From Auanema rhodensis (Eukaryota > Animalia > Nematoda), in assembly GCA_964057225.1 (NCBI GenBank), contig OZ059900.1, positions 24,118,001 through 24,182,000 on the forward strand: 64,000 bases of DNA, written 5' to 3'. The notes under the pieces were generated by a model, which did not search any database, was not told the origin of the DNA, and saw only the letters and a program-made list of their open reading frames with translations. Positions 1 to 11,971 of the stretch are shown here, piece by piece; position 1 is the stretch's first letter; every line of letters starts with the position of its first letter. The position numbers were made by a program, and so were the translations under genes.

Positions 1-58
1 TATGGCTAATATTGATTAAATCGATTTTTGTTCATATGAGTCGTCAAATGCAACGAAT

Positions 59-101
59 TTCAGCGTGTTACATACTAAAATGAAGCATTTTACATGCTGA
101 A
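59..101. other. Bulged inverted repeat (potential hairpin/cruciform), present in each monomer
   Basis: TTCAGCGTG (59-67) pairs with CATGCTGAA (93-101) with one G.T. TAAAATG (76-82) pairs perfectly with CATTTTA (86-92) around an AAG loop. Bases 68-75 form an 8-nt bulge. Confidence 0.75.
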
Positions 102-125
102 CACTAGAAGAATACAAAAACACAG

Positions 126-143
126 TATTTCCCATGAGAAATA
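126..143. other. 18-bp near-perfect palindrome TATTTCCCATGAGAAATA, present in each monomer
   Basis: 8 of 9 symmetric pairs are complementary; the only mismatch is C132/A137. Confidence 0.8.
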
Positions 144-3100
144 TTTTATTATGCTGGAAAACCAGTTTTTGGAAATTTCGCTGTAAACAAGGTTTTGACT
201 TACGATTTCATGTGTTCAAACTCATGCAATGTCAATGAAACCTAGCTCAAAATTGTTCGTACAACGTCTAGTTCCACTTTCACGACAAAAAAACAGGGGT
301 TAGAAAATTAAGGAAATTAGCATATTCTGAGGGCACGCCCCTTATGGCTAATATTGATTAAATCGATTTTTGTTCATATGAGTCGTCAAATGCAACGAAT
401 TTCAGCGTGTTACATACTAAAATGAAGCATTTTACATGCTGAACACTAGAAAAATACAAAAACACAGTATTTCCCATGAGAAATATTTTATCATGCTGGA
501 AAACCAGTTTTTGGAAATTTCGCTGTAAACAAGGTTTTGACTTACGATTTCATGTGTTCAAACTCATGCAATGTCAATGAAACCTAGCTCAAAATTGTTC
601 GTACAACGTCTAGTTCCACTTTCACGACAAAAAAACAGGGGTTAGAAAATTAAGGAAATTAGCATATTCTGAGGGCACGCCCCTTATGGCTAATATTGAT
701 TAAATCGATTTTTGTTCATATGAGTTGTCAAATGCAACGAATTTCAGCGTGTTACACATTAAAATGAAGCATTTTACATTCTGAACACTAGAAAAATACA
801 AAAACACAGTATTTCCCATGAGAAATATTTTATCATGCTGGAAAACCAGTTTTTGGAAATTTCGCTGTAAACAAGGTTTTGACTTACGATTTCATGTGTT
901 CAAACTCATGCAATGTCAATGAAACCTAGCTCAAAATTGTTTGTACAACGTCTAGTTCCACTTTCACGACAAAAAAACAGGGGTTAGAAAATTAAGAAAA
1001 TTAGCATATTCTGAGGGCACGCCCCTTATGGCTAATATTGATTAAATCGATTTTTGTTCATATGAGTCGTCAAATGCAACGAATTTCAGCGTGTTACAAA
1101 CTAAAATGAAGCATTTTACATGCTGAACACTAGAAAAATACAAAAACACAGTGTTTCCCATGAGAAATATTTTATTATGCTGGAAAACCAGTTTTTGGAA
1201 ATTTCGCTGTAAACAAGGTTTTGACTTACGATTTCATGTGTTCAAACTCATGCAACGTCAATGAAACCTAGCTCAAAATTGTTCGTACAACGTCTAGTTC
1301 CACTTTCACGACAAAAAAACAGGGGTTAGAAAATTAAGGAAATTAGCATATTCTGAGGGCACGCCCCTTATGGCTAATATTGATTAAATCGATTTTTGTT
1401 CATATGAGTCGTCAAATGCAACGAATTTCAGCGTGTTACATACTAAAATGAAGCATTTTACATGCTGAACACTAGAAAAATACAAAAACACAGTATTTCC
1501 CATGAGAAATATTTTATCATGCTGGAAAACCAGTTTTTGGAAATTTCGCTGTAAACAAGGTTTTGACTTACGATTTCATGTGTTCAAACTCATGCAATGT
1601 CAATGAAACCTAGCTCAAAATTGTTTGTACAACGTCTAGTTCCACTTTCACGACAAAAAAACAGGGGTTAGAAAATTAAGGAAATTAGCATATTCTGAGG
1701 GCACGCCCCTTATGGCTAATATTGATTAAATCGATTTTTGTTCATATGAGTCGTCAAATGCAACGAATTTCAGCGTGTTACACATTAAAATGAAGCATTT
1801 TACATGCTGAACACTAGAAAAATACAAAAACACAGTATTTCCCATGAGAAATATTTTATCATGCTGGAAAACCAGTTTTTGGAAATTTCGCTGTAAACAA
1901 GGTTTTGACTTACGATTTCATGTGTTCAAACTCATGCAACGTCAATGAAACCTAGCTCAAAATTGTTCGTACAACGTCTAGTTCCACTTTCACGACAAGA
2001 AAACAGGGGTTAGAAAATTAAGGAAATTAGCATATTCTGAGGGCACGCCCCTTATGGCTAATATTGATTAAATCGATTTTTGTTCATATGAGTCGTCAAA
2101 TGCAACGAATTTCAGCGTGTTACACACTAAAATGAAGCATTTCACATGCTGAACACTAGAAAAATACAAAAACACAGTATTTCCCATGAGAAATATTTTA
2201 TTATGCTGGAAAACCAGTTTTTGGAAATTTCGCTGTAAACAAGGTTTTGACTTACGATTTCATGTGTTCAAACTCATGCAATGTCAATGAAACCTAGCTC
2301 AAAATTGTTCGTACAACGTCTAGTTCCACTTTCACGACAAAAAAACAGGGGTTAGAAAATTAAGGAAATTAGCATATTCTGAGGGCACGCCCCTTATGGC
2401 TAATATTGATTAAATCGATTTTTGTTCATATGAGTCGTCAAATGCAACGAATTTCAGCGTGTTACAAACTAAAATGAAGCATTTTACATGCTGAACACTA
2501 GAAAAATACAAAAACACAGTGTTTCCCATGAGAAATATTTTATTATGCTGGAAAACCAGTTTTTGGAAATTTCGCAGTAAACAAGGTTTTGACTTACGAT
2601 TTCATGTGTTCAAACTCATGCAATGTCAATGAAACCTAGCTCAAAATTGTTCGTACAACGTCTAGTTCCACTTTCACGACAAAAAAACAGGGGTTAGAAA
2701 ATTAAGGAAATTAGCATATTCTGAGGGCACGCCCCTTATGGCTAATATTGATTAAATCGATTTTTGTTCATATGAGTCGTCAAATGCAACGAATTTCAGC
2801 GTGTTACATACTAAAATGAAGCATTTTACATGCTGAACACTAGAAAAATACAAAAACACAGTATTCCCCATGAGAAATATTTTATTATGCTGGAAAACCA
2901 GTTTTTGGAAATTTCGCTGTAAACAAGGTTTTGACTTACGATTTCATGTGTTCAAACTCATGCAATGTCAATGAAACCTAGCTCAAAATTGTTCGTACAA
3001 CGTCTAGTTCCACTTTCACGACAAAAAAACAGGGGTTAGAAAATTAAGGAAATTAGCATATTCTGAGGGCACGCCCCTTATGGCTAATATTGATTAAATC

Positions 3101-3495
3101 GATTTTTGTTCATATGAGTCGTCAAATGCAACGAATTTCAGCGTGTTACATACTAAAATGAAGCATTTTACATGCTGAACACTAGAAAAATACAAAAACA
3201 CAGTATTTCCCATGAGAAATATTTTATCATGCTGGAAAACCAGTTTTTGGAAATTTCGCTGTAAACAAGGTTTTGACTTACGATTTCATGTGTTCAAACT
3301 CATGCAATGTCAATGAAACCTAGCTCAAAATTGTTCGTACAACGTCTAGTTCCACTTTCACGACAAAAAAACAGGGGTTAGAAAATTAAGGAAATTAGCA
3401 TATTCTGAGGGCACGCCCCTTATGGCTAATATTGATTAAATCGATTTTTGTTCATATGAGTCGTCAAATGCAACGAATTTCAGCGTGTTACACAT

Positions 3496-6400
3496 TAAAA
3501 TGAAGCATTTTACATTCTGAACACTAGAAAAATACAAAAACACAGTATTTCCCATGAGAAATATTTTATCATGCTGGAAAACCAGTTTTTGGAAATTTCG
3601 CTGTAAACAAGGTTTTGACTTACGATTTCATGTGTTCAAACTCATGCAATGTCAATGAAACCTAGCTCAAAATTGTTTGTACAACGTCTAGTTCCACTTT
3701 CACGACAAAAAAACAGGGGTTAGAAAATTAAGGAAATTAGCATATTCTGAGGGCACGCCCCTTATGGCTAATATTGATTAAATCGATTTTTGTTCATATG
3801 AGTCGTCAAATGCAACGAATTTCAGCGTGTTACAAACTAAAATGAAGCATTTTACATGCTGAACACTAGAAAAATACAAAAACACAGTGTTTCCCATGAG
3901 AAATATTTTATTATGCTGGAAAACCAGTTTTTGGAAATTTCGCTGTAAACAAGGTTTTGACTTACGATTTCATGTGTTCAAACTCATGCAATGTCAATGA
4001 AACCTAGCTCAAAATTGTTTGTACAACGTCTAGTTCCACTTTCACGACAAAAAAAACAGGGGTTAGAAAATTAAGGAAATTAGCATATTCTGAGGGCACG
4101 CCCCTTATGGCTAATATTGATTAAATCGATTTTTGTTCATATGAGTCGTCAAATGCAACGAATTTCAGCGTGTTACATACTAAAATGAAGCATTTTACAT
4201 GCTGAACACTAGAAAAATACAAAAACACAGTATTTCCCATGAGAAATATTTTATCATGCTGGAAAACCAGTTTTTGGAAATTTCGCTGTAAACAAGGTTT
4301 TGACTTACGATTTCATGTGTTCAAACTCATGCAATGTCAATGAAACCTAGCTCAAAATTGTTTGTACAACGTCTAGTTCCACTTTCACGACAAAAAAACA
4401 GGGGTTAGAAAATTAAGGAAATTAGCATATTCTGAGGGCACGCCCCTTATGGCCAATATTGATTAAATCGATTTTTGTTCATATGAGTCGTCAAATGCAA
4501 CGAATTTCAGCGTGTTACACATTAAAATGAAGCATTTTACATGCTGAACACTAGAAAAATACAAAAACACAGTATTTCCCATGAGAAATATTTTATCATG
4601 CTGGAAAACCAGTTTTTGGAAATTTCGCTGTAAACAAGGTTTTGACTTACGATTTCATGTGTTCAAACTCATGCAATGTCAATGAAACCTAGCTCAAAAT
4701 TGTTTGTACAACGTCTAGTTCCACTTTCACGACAAAAAAACAGGGGTTAGAAAATTAAGGAAATTAGCATATTCTGAGGGCACGCCCCTTATGGCTAATA
4801 TTGATTAAATCGATTTTTGTTCATATGAGTCGTCAAATGCAACGAATTTCAGCGTGTTACAAACTAAAATGAAGCATTTTACATGCTGAACACTAGAAAA
4901 ATACAAAAACACAGTGTTTCCCATGAGAAATATTTTATTATGCTGGAAAACCAGTTTTTGGAAATTTCGCTGTAAACAAGGTTTTGACTTACGATTTCAT
5001 GTGTTCAAACTCATGCAACGTCAATGAAACCTAGCTCAAAATTGTTCGTACAACGTCTATTTCCACTTTCACGACAAAAAAACAGGGGTTAGAAAATTAA
5101 GGAAATTAGCATATTCTGAGGGCACGCCCCTTATGGCTAATATTGATTAAATCGATTTTTGTTCATATGAGTCGTCAAATGCAACGAATTTCAGCGTGTT
5201 ACACACTAAAATGAAGCATTTTACATTCTGAACACTAGAAAAATACAAAAACACAGTATTTCCCATGAGAAATATTTTATCATGCTGGAAAACCAGTTTT
5301 TGGAAATTTCGCTGTAAACAAGGTTTTGACTTACGATTTCATGTGTTCAAACTCATGCAATGTCAATGAAACCTAGCTCAAAATTGTTTGTACAACGTCT
5401 AGTTCCACTTTCACGACAAAAAAACAGGGGTTAGAAAATTAAGGAAATTAGCATATTCTGAGGGCACGCCCCTTATGGCTAATATTGATTAAATCGATTT
5501 TTGTTCATATGAGTCGTCAAATGCAACGAATTTCAGCGTGTTACAAACTAAAATGAAGCATTTTACATGCTGAACACTAGAAAAATACAAAAACACAGTG
5601 TTTCCCATGAGAAATATTTTATTATGCTGGAAAACCAGTTTTTGGAAATTTCGCTGTAAACAAGGTTTTGACTTACGATTTCATGTGTTCAAACTCATGC
5701 AACGTCAATGAAACCTAGCTCAAAATTGTTCGTACAACGTCTAGTTCAACTTTCACGACAAAAAAACAGGGGTTACAAAATTAAGGAAATTAGCATATTC
5801 TGAGGGCACGCCCCTTATGGCTAATATTGATTAAATCGATTTTTGTTCATATGAGTCGTCAAATGCAACGAATTTCAGCGTGTTACATACTAAAATGAAG
5901 CATTTTACATGCTGAACACTAGAAAAATACAAAAACACAGTATTTCCCATGAGAAATATTTTATCATGCTGGAAAACCAGTTTTTGGAAATTTCGCTGTA
6001 AACAAGGTTTTGACTTACGATTTCATGTGTTCAAACTCATGCAATGTCAATGAAACCTAGCTCAAAATTGTTTGTACAACGTCTAGTTCCACTTTCCCGA
6101 CAAAAAAACAGGGGTTAGAAAATTAAGGAAATTAGCATATTCTGAGGGCACGCCCCTTATGGCCAATATTGATTAAATCGATTTTTGTTCATATGAGTCG
6201 TCAAATGCAACGAATTTCAGCGTGTTACACATTAAAATGAAGCATTTTACATGCTGAACACTAGAAAAATACAAAAACACAGTATTTCCCATGAGAAATA
6301 TTTTATCATGCTGGAAAACCAGTTTTTGGAAATTTCGCTGTAAACAAGGTTTTGACTTACGATTTCATGTGTTCAAACTCATGCAATGTCAATGAAACCT

Positions 6401-6931
6401 AGCTCAAAATTGTTTGTACAACGTCTAGTTCCACTTTCACGACAAAAAAACAGGGGTTAGAAAATTAAGGAAATTAGCATATTCTGAGGGCACGCCCCTT
6501 ATGGCTAATATTGATTAAATCGATTTTTGTTCATATGAGTCGTCAAATGCAACGAATTTCAGCGTGTTACAAACTAAAATGAAGCATTTTACATGCTGAA
6601 CACTAGAAAAATACAAAAACACAGTGTTTCCCATGAGAAATATTTTATTATGCTGGAAAACCAGTTTTTGGAAATTTCGCTGTAAACAAGGTTTTGACTT
6701 ACGATTTCATGTGTTCAAACTCATGCAACGTCAATGAAACCTAGCTCAAAATTGTTCGTACAACGTCTATTTCCACTTTCACGACAAAAAAACAGGGGTT
6801 AGAAAATTAAGGAAATTAGCATATTCTGAGGGCACGCCCCTTATGGCTAATATTGATTAAATCGATTTTTGTTCATATGAGTCGTCAAATGCAACGAATT
6901 TCAGCGTGTTACACACTAAAATGAAGCATTT
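3496..6931 (+). repeat. Local 5-monomer (~1710 bp) duplication, M11-M16 / M16-M21
   Basis: GGCCAAT (T7C) is private to M14 and M19. GTCTATTTCC (G271T) is in M15 and M20. G96T is in M11 and M16. M12 and M17 differ at several sites. Confidence 0.75.
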
Positions 6932-9900
6932 CACATGCTGAACACTAGAAAAATACAAAAACACAGTATTTCCCATGAGAAATATTTTATTATGCTGGAA
7001 AACCAGTTTTTGGAAATTTCGCTGTAAACAAGGTTTTGACTTACGATTTCATGTGTTCAAACTCATGCAATGTCAATGAAACCTAGCTCAAAATTGTTCG
7101 TACAACGTCTAGTTCCACTTTCACGACAAAAAAACAGGGGTTAGAAAATTAAGGAAATTAGCATATTCTGAGGGCACGCCCCTTATGGCTAATATTGATT
7201 AAATCGATTTTTGTTCATATGAGTCGTCAAATGCAACGAATTTCAGCGTGTTACAAACTAAAATGAAGCATTTTACATGCTGAACACTAGAAAAATACAA
7301 AAACACAGTGTTTCCCATGAGAAATATTTTATTATGCTGGAAAACCAGTTTTTGGAAATTTCGCTGTAAACAAGGTTTTGACTTACGATTTCATGTGTTC
7401 AAACTCATGCAATGTCAATGAAACCTAGCTCAAAATTGTTCGTACAACGTCTAGTTCCACTTTCACGACAAAAAAACAGGGGTTAGAAAATTAAGGAAAT
7501 TAGCATATTCTGAGGGCACGCCCCTTATGGCTAATATTGATTAAATCGATTTTTGTTCATATGAGTCGTCAAATGCAACGAATTTCAGCGTGTTACATAC
7601 TAAAATGAAGCATTTTACATGCTGAACACTAGAAAAATACAAAAACACAGTATTCCCCATGAGAAATATTTTATTATGCTGGAAAACCAGTTTTTGGAAA
7701 TTTCGCTGTAAACAAGGTTTTGACTTACGATTTCATGTGTTCAAACTCATGCAATGTCAATGAAACCTAGCTCAAAATTGTTCGTACAACGTCTAGTTCC
7801 ACTTTCACGACAAAAAAATAGGGGTTAGAAAATTAAGGAAATTAGCATATTCTGAGGGCACGCCCCTTATGGCTAATATTGATTAAATCGATTTTTGTTC
7901 ATATGAGTCGTCAAATGCAACGAATTTCAGCGTGTTACATACTAAAATGAAGCATTTTACATGCTGAACACTAGATAAATACAAAAACACAGTATTTCCC
8001 ATGAGAAATATTTTATTATGCTGGAAAACCAGTTTTTGGAAATTTCGCTGTAAACAAGGTTTTGACTTACGATTTCATGTGTTCAAACTCATGCAATGTC
8101 AATGAAACCTAGCTCAAAATTGTTCGTACAACGTCTAGTTCCACTTTCACGACAAAAAAACAGGGGTTAGAAAATTAAGGAAATTAGCATATTCTGAGGG
8201 CACGCCCCTTATGGCTAATATTGATTAAATCGATTTTTGTTCATATGAGTCGTCAAATGCAACGAATTTCAGCGTGTTACATACTAAAATGAAGCATTTT
8301 ACATGCTGAACACTAGAAAAATACAAAAACACTGTATTTCCCATGAGAAATATTTTATTATGCTGGAAAACCAGTTTTTGGAAATTTCGCTGTAAACAAG
8401 GTTTTGACTTACGATTTCATGTGTTCAAACTCATGCAATGTCAATGAAACCTAGCTCAAAATTGTTCGTACAACGTCTAGTTCCACTTTCACGACAAAAA
8501 AACAGGGGTTAGAAAATTAAGGAAATTAGCATATTCTGAGGGCACGCCCCTTATGGCTAATATTGATTAAATCGATTTTTGTTCATATGAGTCGTCAAAT
8601 GCAACGAATTTCAGCGTGTTACATACTAAAATGAAGCATTTTACATGCTGAACACTAGAAGAATACAAAAACACAGTATTTCCCATGAGAAATATTTTAT
8701 TATGCTGGAAAACCAGTTTGTGGAAATTTCGCTGTAAACAAGGTTTTGACTTACGATTTCATGTGTTCAAACTCATGCAATGTTAATGAATCCTAGCTCA
8801 AAATTGTTCGTACAACGTCTAGTTCCACTTTCACGACAAAAAAACAGGGGTTAGAAAATTAAGGAAATTAGCATATTCTGAGGGCACGCCCCTTATGGCT
8901 AATATTGATTAAATCGATTTTTGTTCATATGAGTCGTCAAATGCAACGAATTTCAGCGTGTTACATACTAAAATGAAGCATTTTACATGCTGAACACTAG
9001 AAAAATACAAAAACACAGTATTTCCCATGAGAAATATTTTATCATGCTGGAAAACCAGTTTTTGGAAATTTCGCTGTAAACAAGGTTTTGACTTACGATT
9101 TCATGTGTTCAAACTCATGCAATGTCAATGAAACCTAGCTCAAAATTGTTTGTACAACGTCTAGTTCCACTTTCACGACAAAAAAACAAGGGTTAGAAAA
9201 TTAAGGAAATTAGCATATTCTGAGGGCACGCCCCTTATGGCTAATATTGATTAAATCGATTTTTGTTCATATGAGTCGTCAAATGCAACGAATTTCAGCG
9301 TGTTACAAACTAAAATGAAGCATTTTACATGCTGAACACTAGAAAAATACAAAAACACAGTGTTTCCCATGAGAAATATTTTATTATGCTGGAAAACCAG
9401 TTTTTGGAAATTTCGCTGTAAACAAGGTTTTGACTTACGATTTCATGTGTTCAAACTCATGCAACGTCAATGAAACCTAGCTCAAAATTGTTCGTACAAC
9501 GTCTAGTTCCACTTTCACGACAAAAAAACAGGGGTTAGAAAATTAAGGAAATTAGCATATTCTGAGGGCACGCCCCTTATGGCTAATATTGATTAAATCG
9601 ATTTTTGTTCATATGAGTCGTCAAATGCAACGAATTTCAGCGTGTTACACACTAAAATGAAGCATTTCACATGCTGAACACTAGAAAAATACAAAAACAC
9701 AGTATTTCCCATGAGAAATATTTTATTATGCTGGAAAACCAGTTTTTGGAAATTTCGCTGTAAACAAGGTTTTGACTTACGATTTCATGTGTTCAAACTC
9801 ATGCAATGTCAATGAAACCTAGCTCAAAATTGTTCGTACAACGTCTAGTTCCACTTTCACGACAAAAAAACAGGGGTTAGAAAATTAAGGAAATTAGCAT

Positions 9901-11971
9901 ATTCTGAGGGCACGCCCCTTATGGCTAATATTGATTAAATCGATTTTTGTTCATATGAGTCGTCAAATGCAACGAATTTCAGCGTGTTACAAACTAAAAT
10001 GAAGCATTTTACATGCTGAACACTAGAAAAATACAAAAACACAGTGTTTCCCATGAGAAATATTTTATTATGCTGGAAAACCAGTTTTTGGAAATTTCGC
10101 TGTAAACAAGGTTTTGACTTACGATTTCATGTGTTCAAACTCATGCAATGTCAATGAAACCTAGCTCAAAATTGTTCGTACAACGTCTAGTTCCACTTTC
10201 ACGACAAAAAAACAGGGGTTAGAAAATTAAGGAAATTAGCATATTCTGAGGGCACGCCCCTTATGGCTAATATTGATTAAATCGATTTTTGTTCATATGA
10301 GTCGTCAAATGCAACGAATTTCAGCGTGTTACATACTAAAATGAAGCATTTTACATGCTGAACACTAGAAAAATACAAAAACACAGTATTCCCCATGAGA
10401 AATATTTTATTATGCTGGAAAACCAGTTTTTGGAAATTTCGCTGTAAACAAGGTTTTGACTTACGATTTCATGTGTTCAAACTCATGCAATGTCAATGAA
10501 ACCTAGCTCAAAATTGTTCGTACAACGTCTAGTTCCACTTTCACGACAAAAAAACAGGGGTTAGAAAATTAAGGAAATTAGCATATTCTGAGGGCACGCC
10601 CCTTATGGCTAATATTGATTAAATCGATTTTTGTTCATATGAGTCGTCAAATGCAACGAATTTCAGCGTGTTACATACTAAAATGAAGCATTTTACATGC
10701 TGAACACTAGATAAATACAAAAACACAGTATTTCCCATGAGAAATATTTTATTATGCTGGAAAACCAGTTTTTGGAAATTTCGCTGTAAACAAGGTTTTG
10801 ACTTACGATTTCATGTGTTCAAACTCATGCAATGTCAATGAAACCTAGCTCAAAATTGTTCGTACAACGTCTAGTTCCACTTTCACGACAAAAAAACAGG
10901 GGTTAGAAAATTAAGGAAATTAGCATATTCTGAGGGCACGCCCCTTATGGCTAATATTGATTAAATCGATTTTTGTTCATATGAGTCGTCAAATGCAACG
11001 AATTTCAGCGTGTTACATACTAAAATGAAGCATTTTACATGCTGAACACTAGAAAAATACAAAAACACTGTATTTCCCATGAGAAATATTTTATTATGCT
11101 GGAAAACCAGTTTTTGGAAATTTCGCTGTAAACAAGGTTTTGACTTACGATTTCATGTGTTCAAACTCATGCAATGTCAATGAAACCTAGCTCAAAATTG
11201 TTCGTACAACGTCTAGTTCCACTTTCACGACAAAAAAACAGGGGTTAGAAAATTAAGGAAATTAGCATATTCTGAGGGCACGCCCCTTATGGCTAATATT
11301 GATTAAATCGATTTTTGTTCATATGAGTCGTCAAATGCAACGAATTTCAGCGTGTTACATACTAAAATGAAGCATTTTACATGCTGAACACTAGAAGAAT
11401 ACAAAAACACAGTATTTCCCATGAGAAATATTTTATTATGCTGGAAAACCAGTTTGTGGAAATTTCGCTGTAAACAAGGTTTTGACTTACGATTTCATGT
11501 GTTCAAACTCATGCAATGTTAATGAAACCTAGCTCAAAATTGTTCGTACAACGTCTAGTTCCACTTTCACGACAAAAAAACAGGGGTTAGAAAATTAAGG
11601 AAATTAGCATATTCTGAGGGCACGCCCCTTATGGCTAATATTGATTAAATCGATTTTTGTTCATATGAGTCGTCAAATGCAACGAATTTCAGCGTGTTAC
11701 ATACTTAAATGAAGCATTTTACATGCTGAACACTAGAAAAATACAAAAACACAGTATTTCCCATGAGAAATATTTTATCATGCTGGAAAACCAGTTTTTG
11801 GAAATTTCGCTGTAAACAAGGTTTTGACTTACGATTTCATGTGTTCAAACTCATGCAATGTCAATGAAACCTAGCTCAAAATTGTTTGTACAACGTCTAG
11901 TTCCACTTTCACGACAAAAAAACAAGGGTTAGAAAATTAAGGAAATTAGCATATTCTGAGGGCACGCCCCT
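6500..11971 (+). repeat. 8-monomer (2736 bp) higher-order duplication, M20-27 / M28-35
   Basis: Rare variants recur in the same order at +2736: T130C (M23/M31), A109T (M24/M32), A124T (M25/M33), T169G+C233T (M26/M34). Confidence 0.92.

Larger units (their letters stand above)
1..342 (+). repeat. Representative 342-bp monomer (consensus except A110G)
   Basis: About 116/342 G+C, 10 CpG and many A/T tracts. One ClaI (ATCGAT, 20-25) and one NdeI (CATATG, 33-38) site per consensus unit. Confidence 0.98.

Noticed and set aside
256-270. CENP-B box-like TTCGTACAA
   Set aside because: It matches TTCGnnnnA but lacks the required CGGG, and the C is frequently mutated to T.
295-303. Telomere-like GGGTTAG
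   Set aside because: It is a single copy per monomer, not tandem, and expected by chance.
1-342. Primate alpha satellite (2 x 171 bp) or another named ~340-bp satellite family
   Set aside because: Only the length matches. I do not recognise alpha-satellite consensus motifs and cannot assign a family without a BLAST/Dfam/Repbase search.
1-342. Tandem 5S rRNA, tRNA, snRNA or spliced-leader gene unit
   Set aside because: I see no recognisable 5S, tRNA cloverleaf, A/B box or spliced-leader sequence on either strand. An Rfam/Infernal scan would be the definitive test.
328-344. GC-rich mini hairpin TGAGGGCACGCCCCTTA as a terminator or Helitron 3' hairpin
   Set aside because: The stem has only about 4-6 bp, with no U-tract and no CTRR terminus at the expected distance, so a transposon origin is unsupported.
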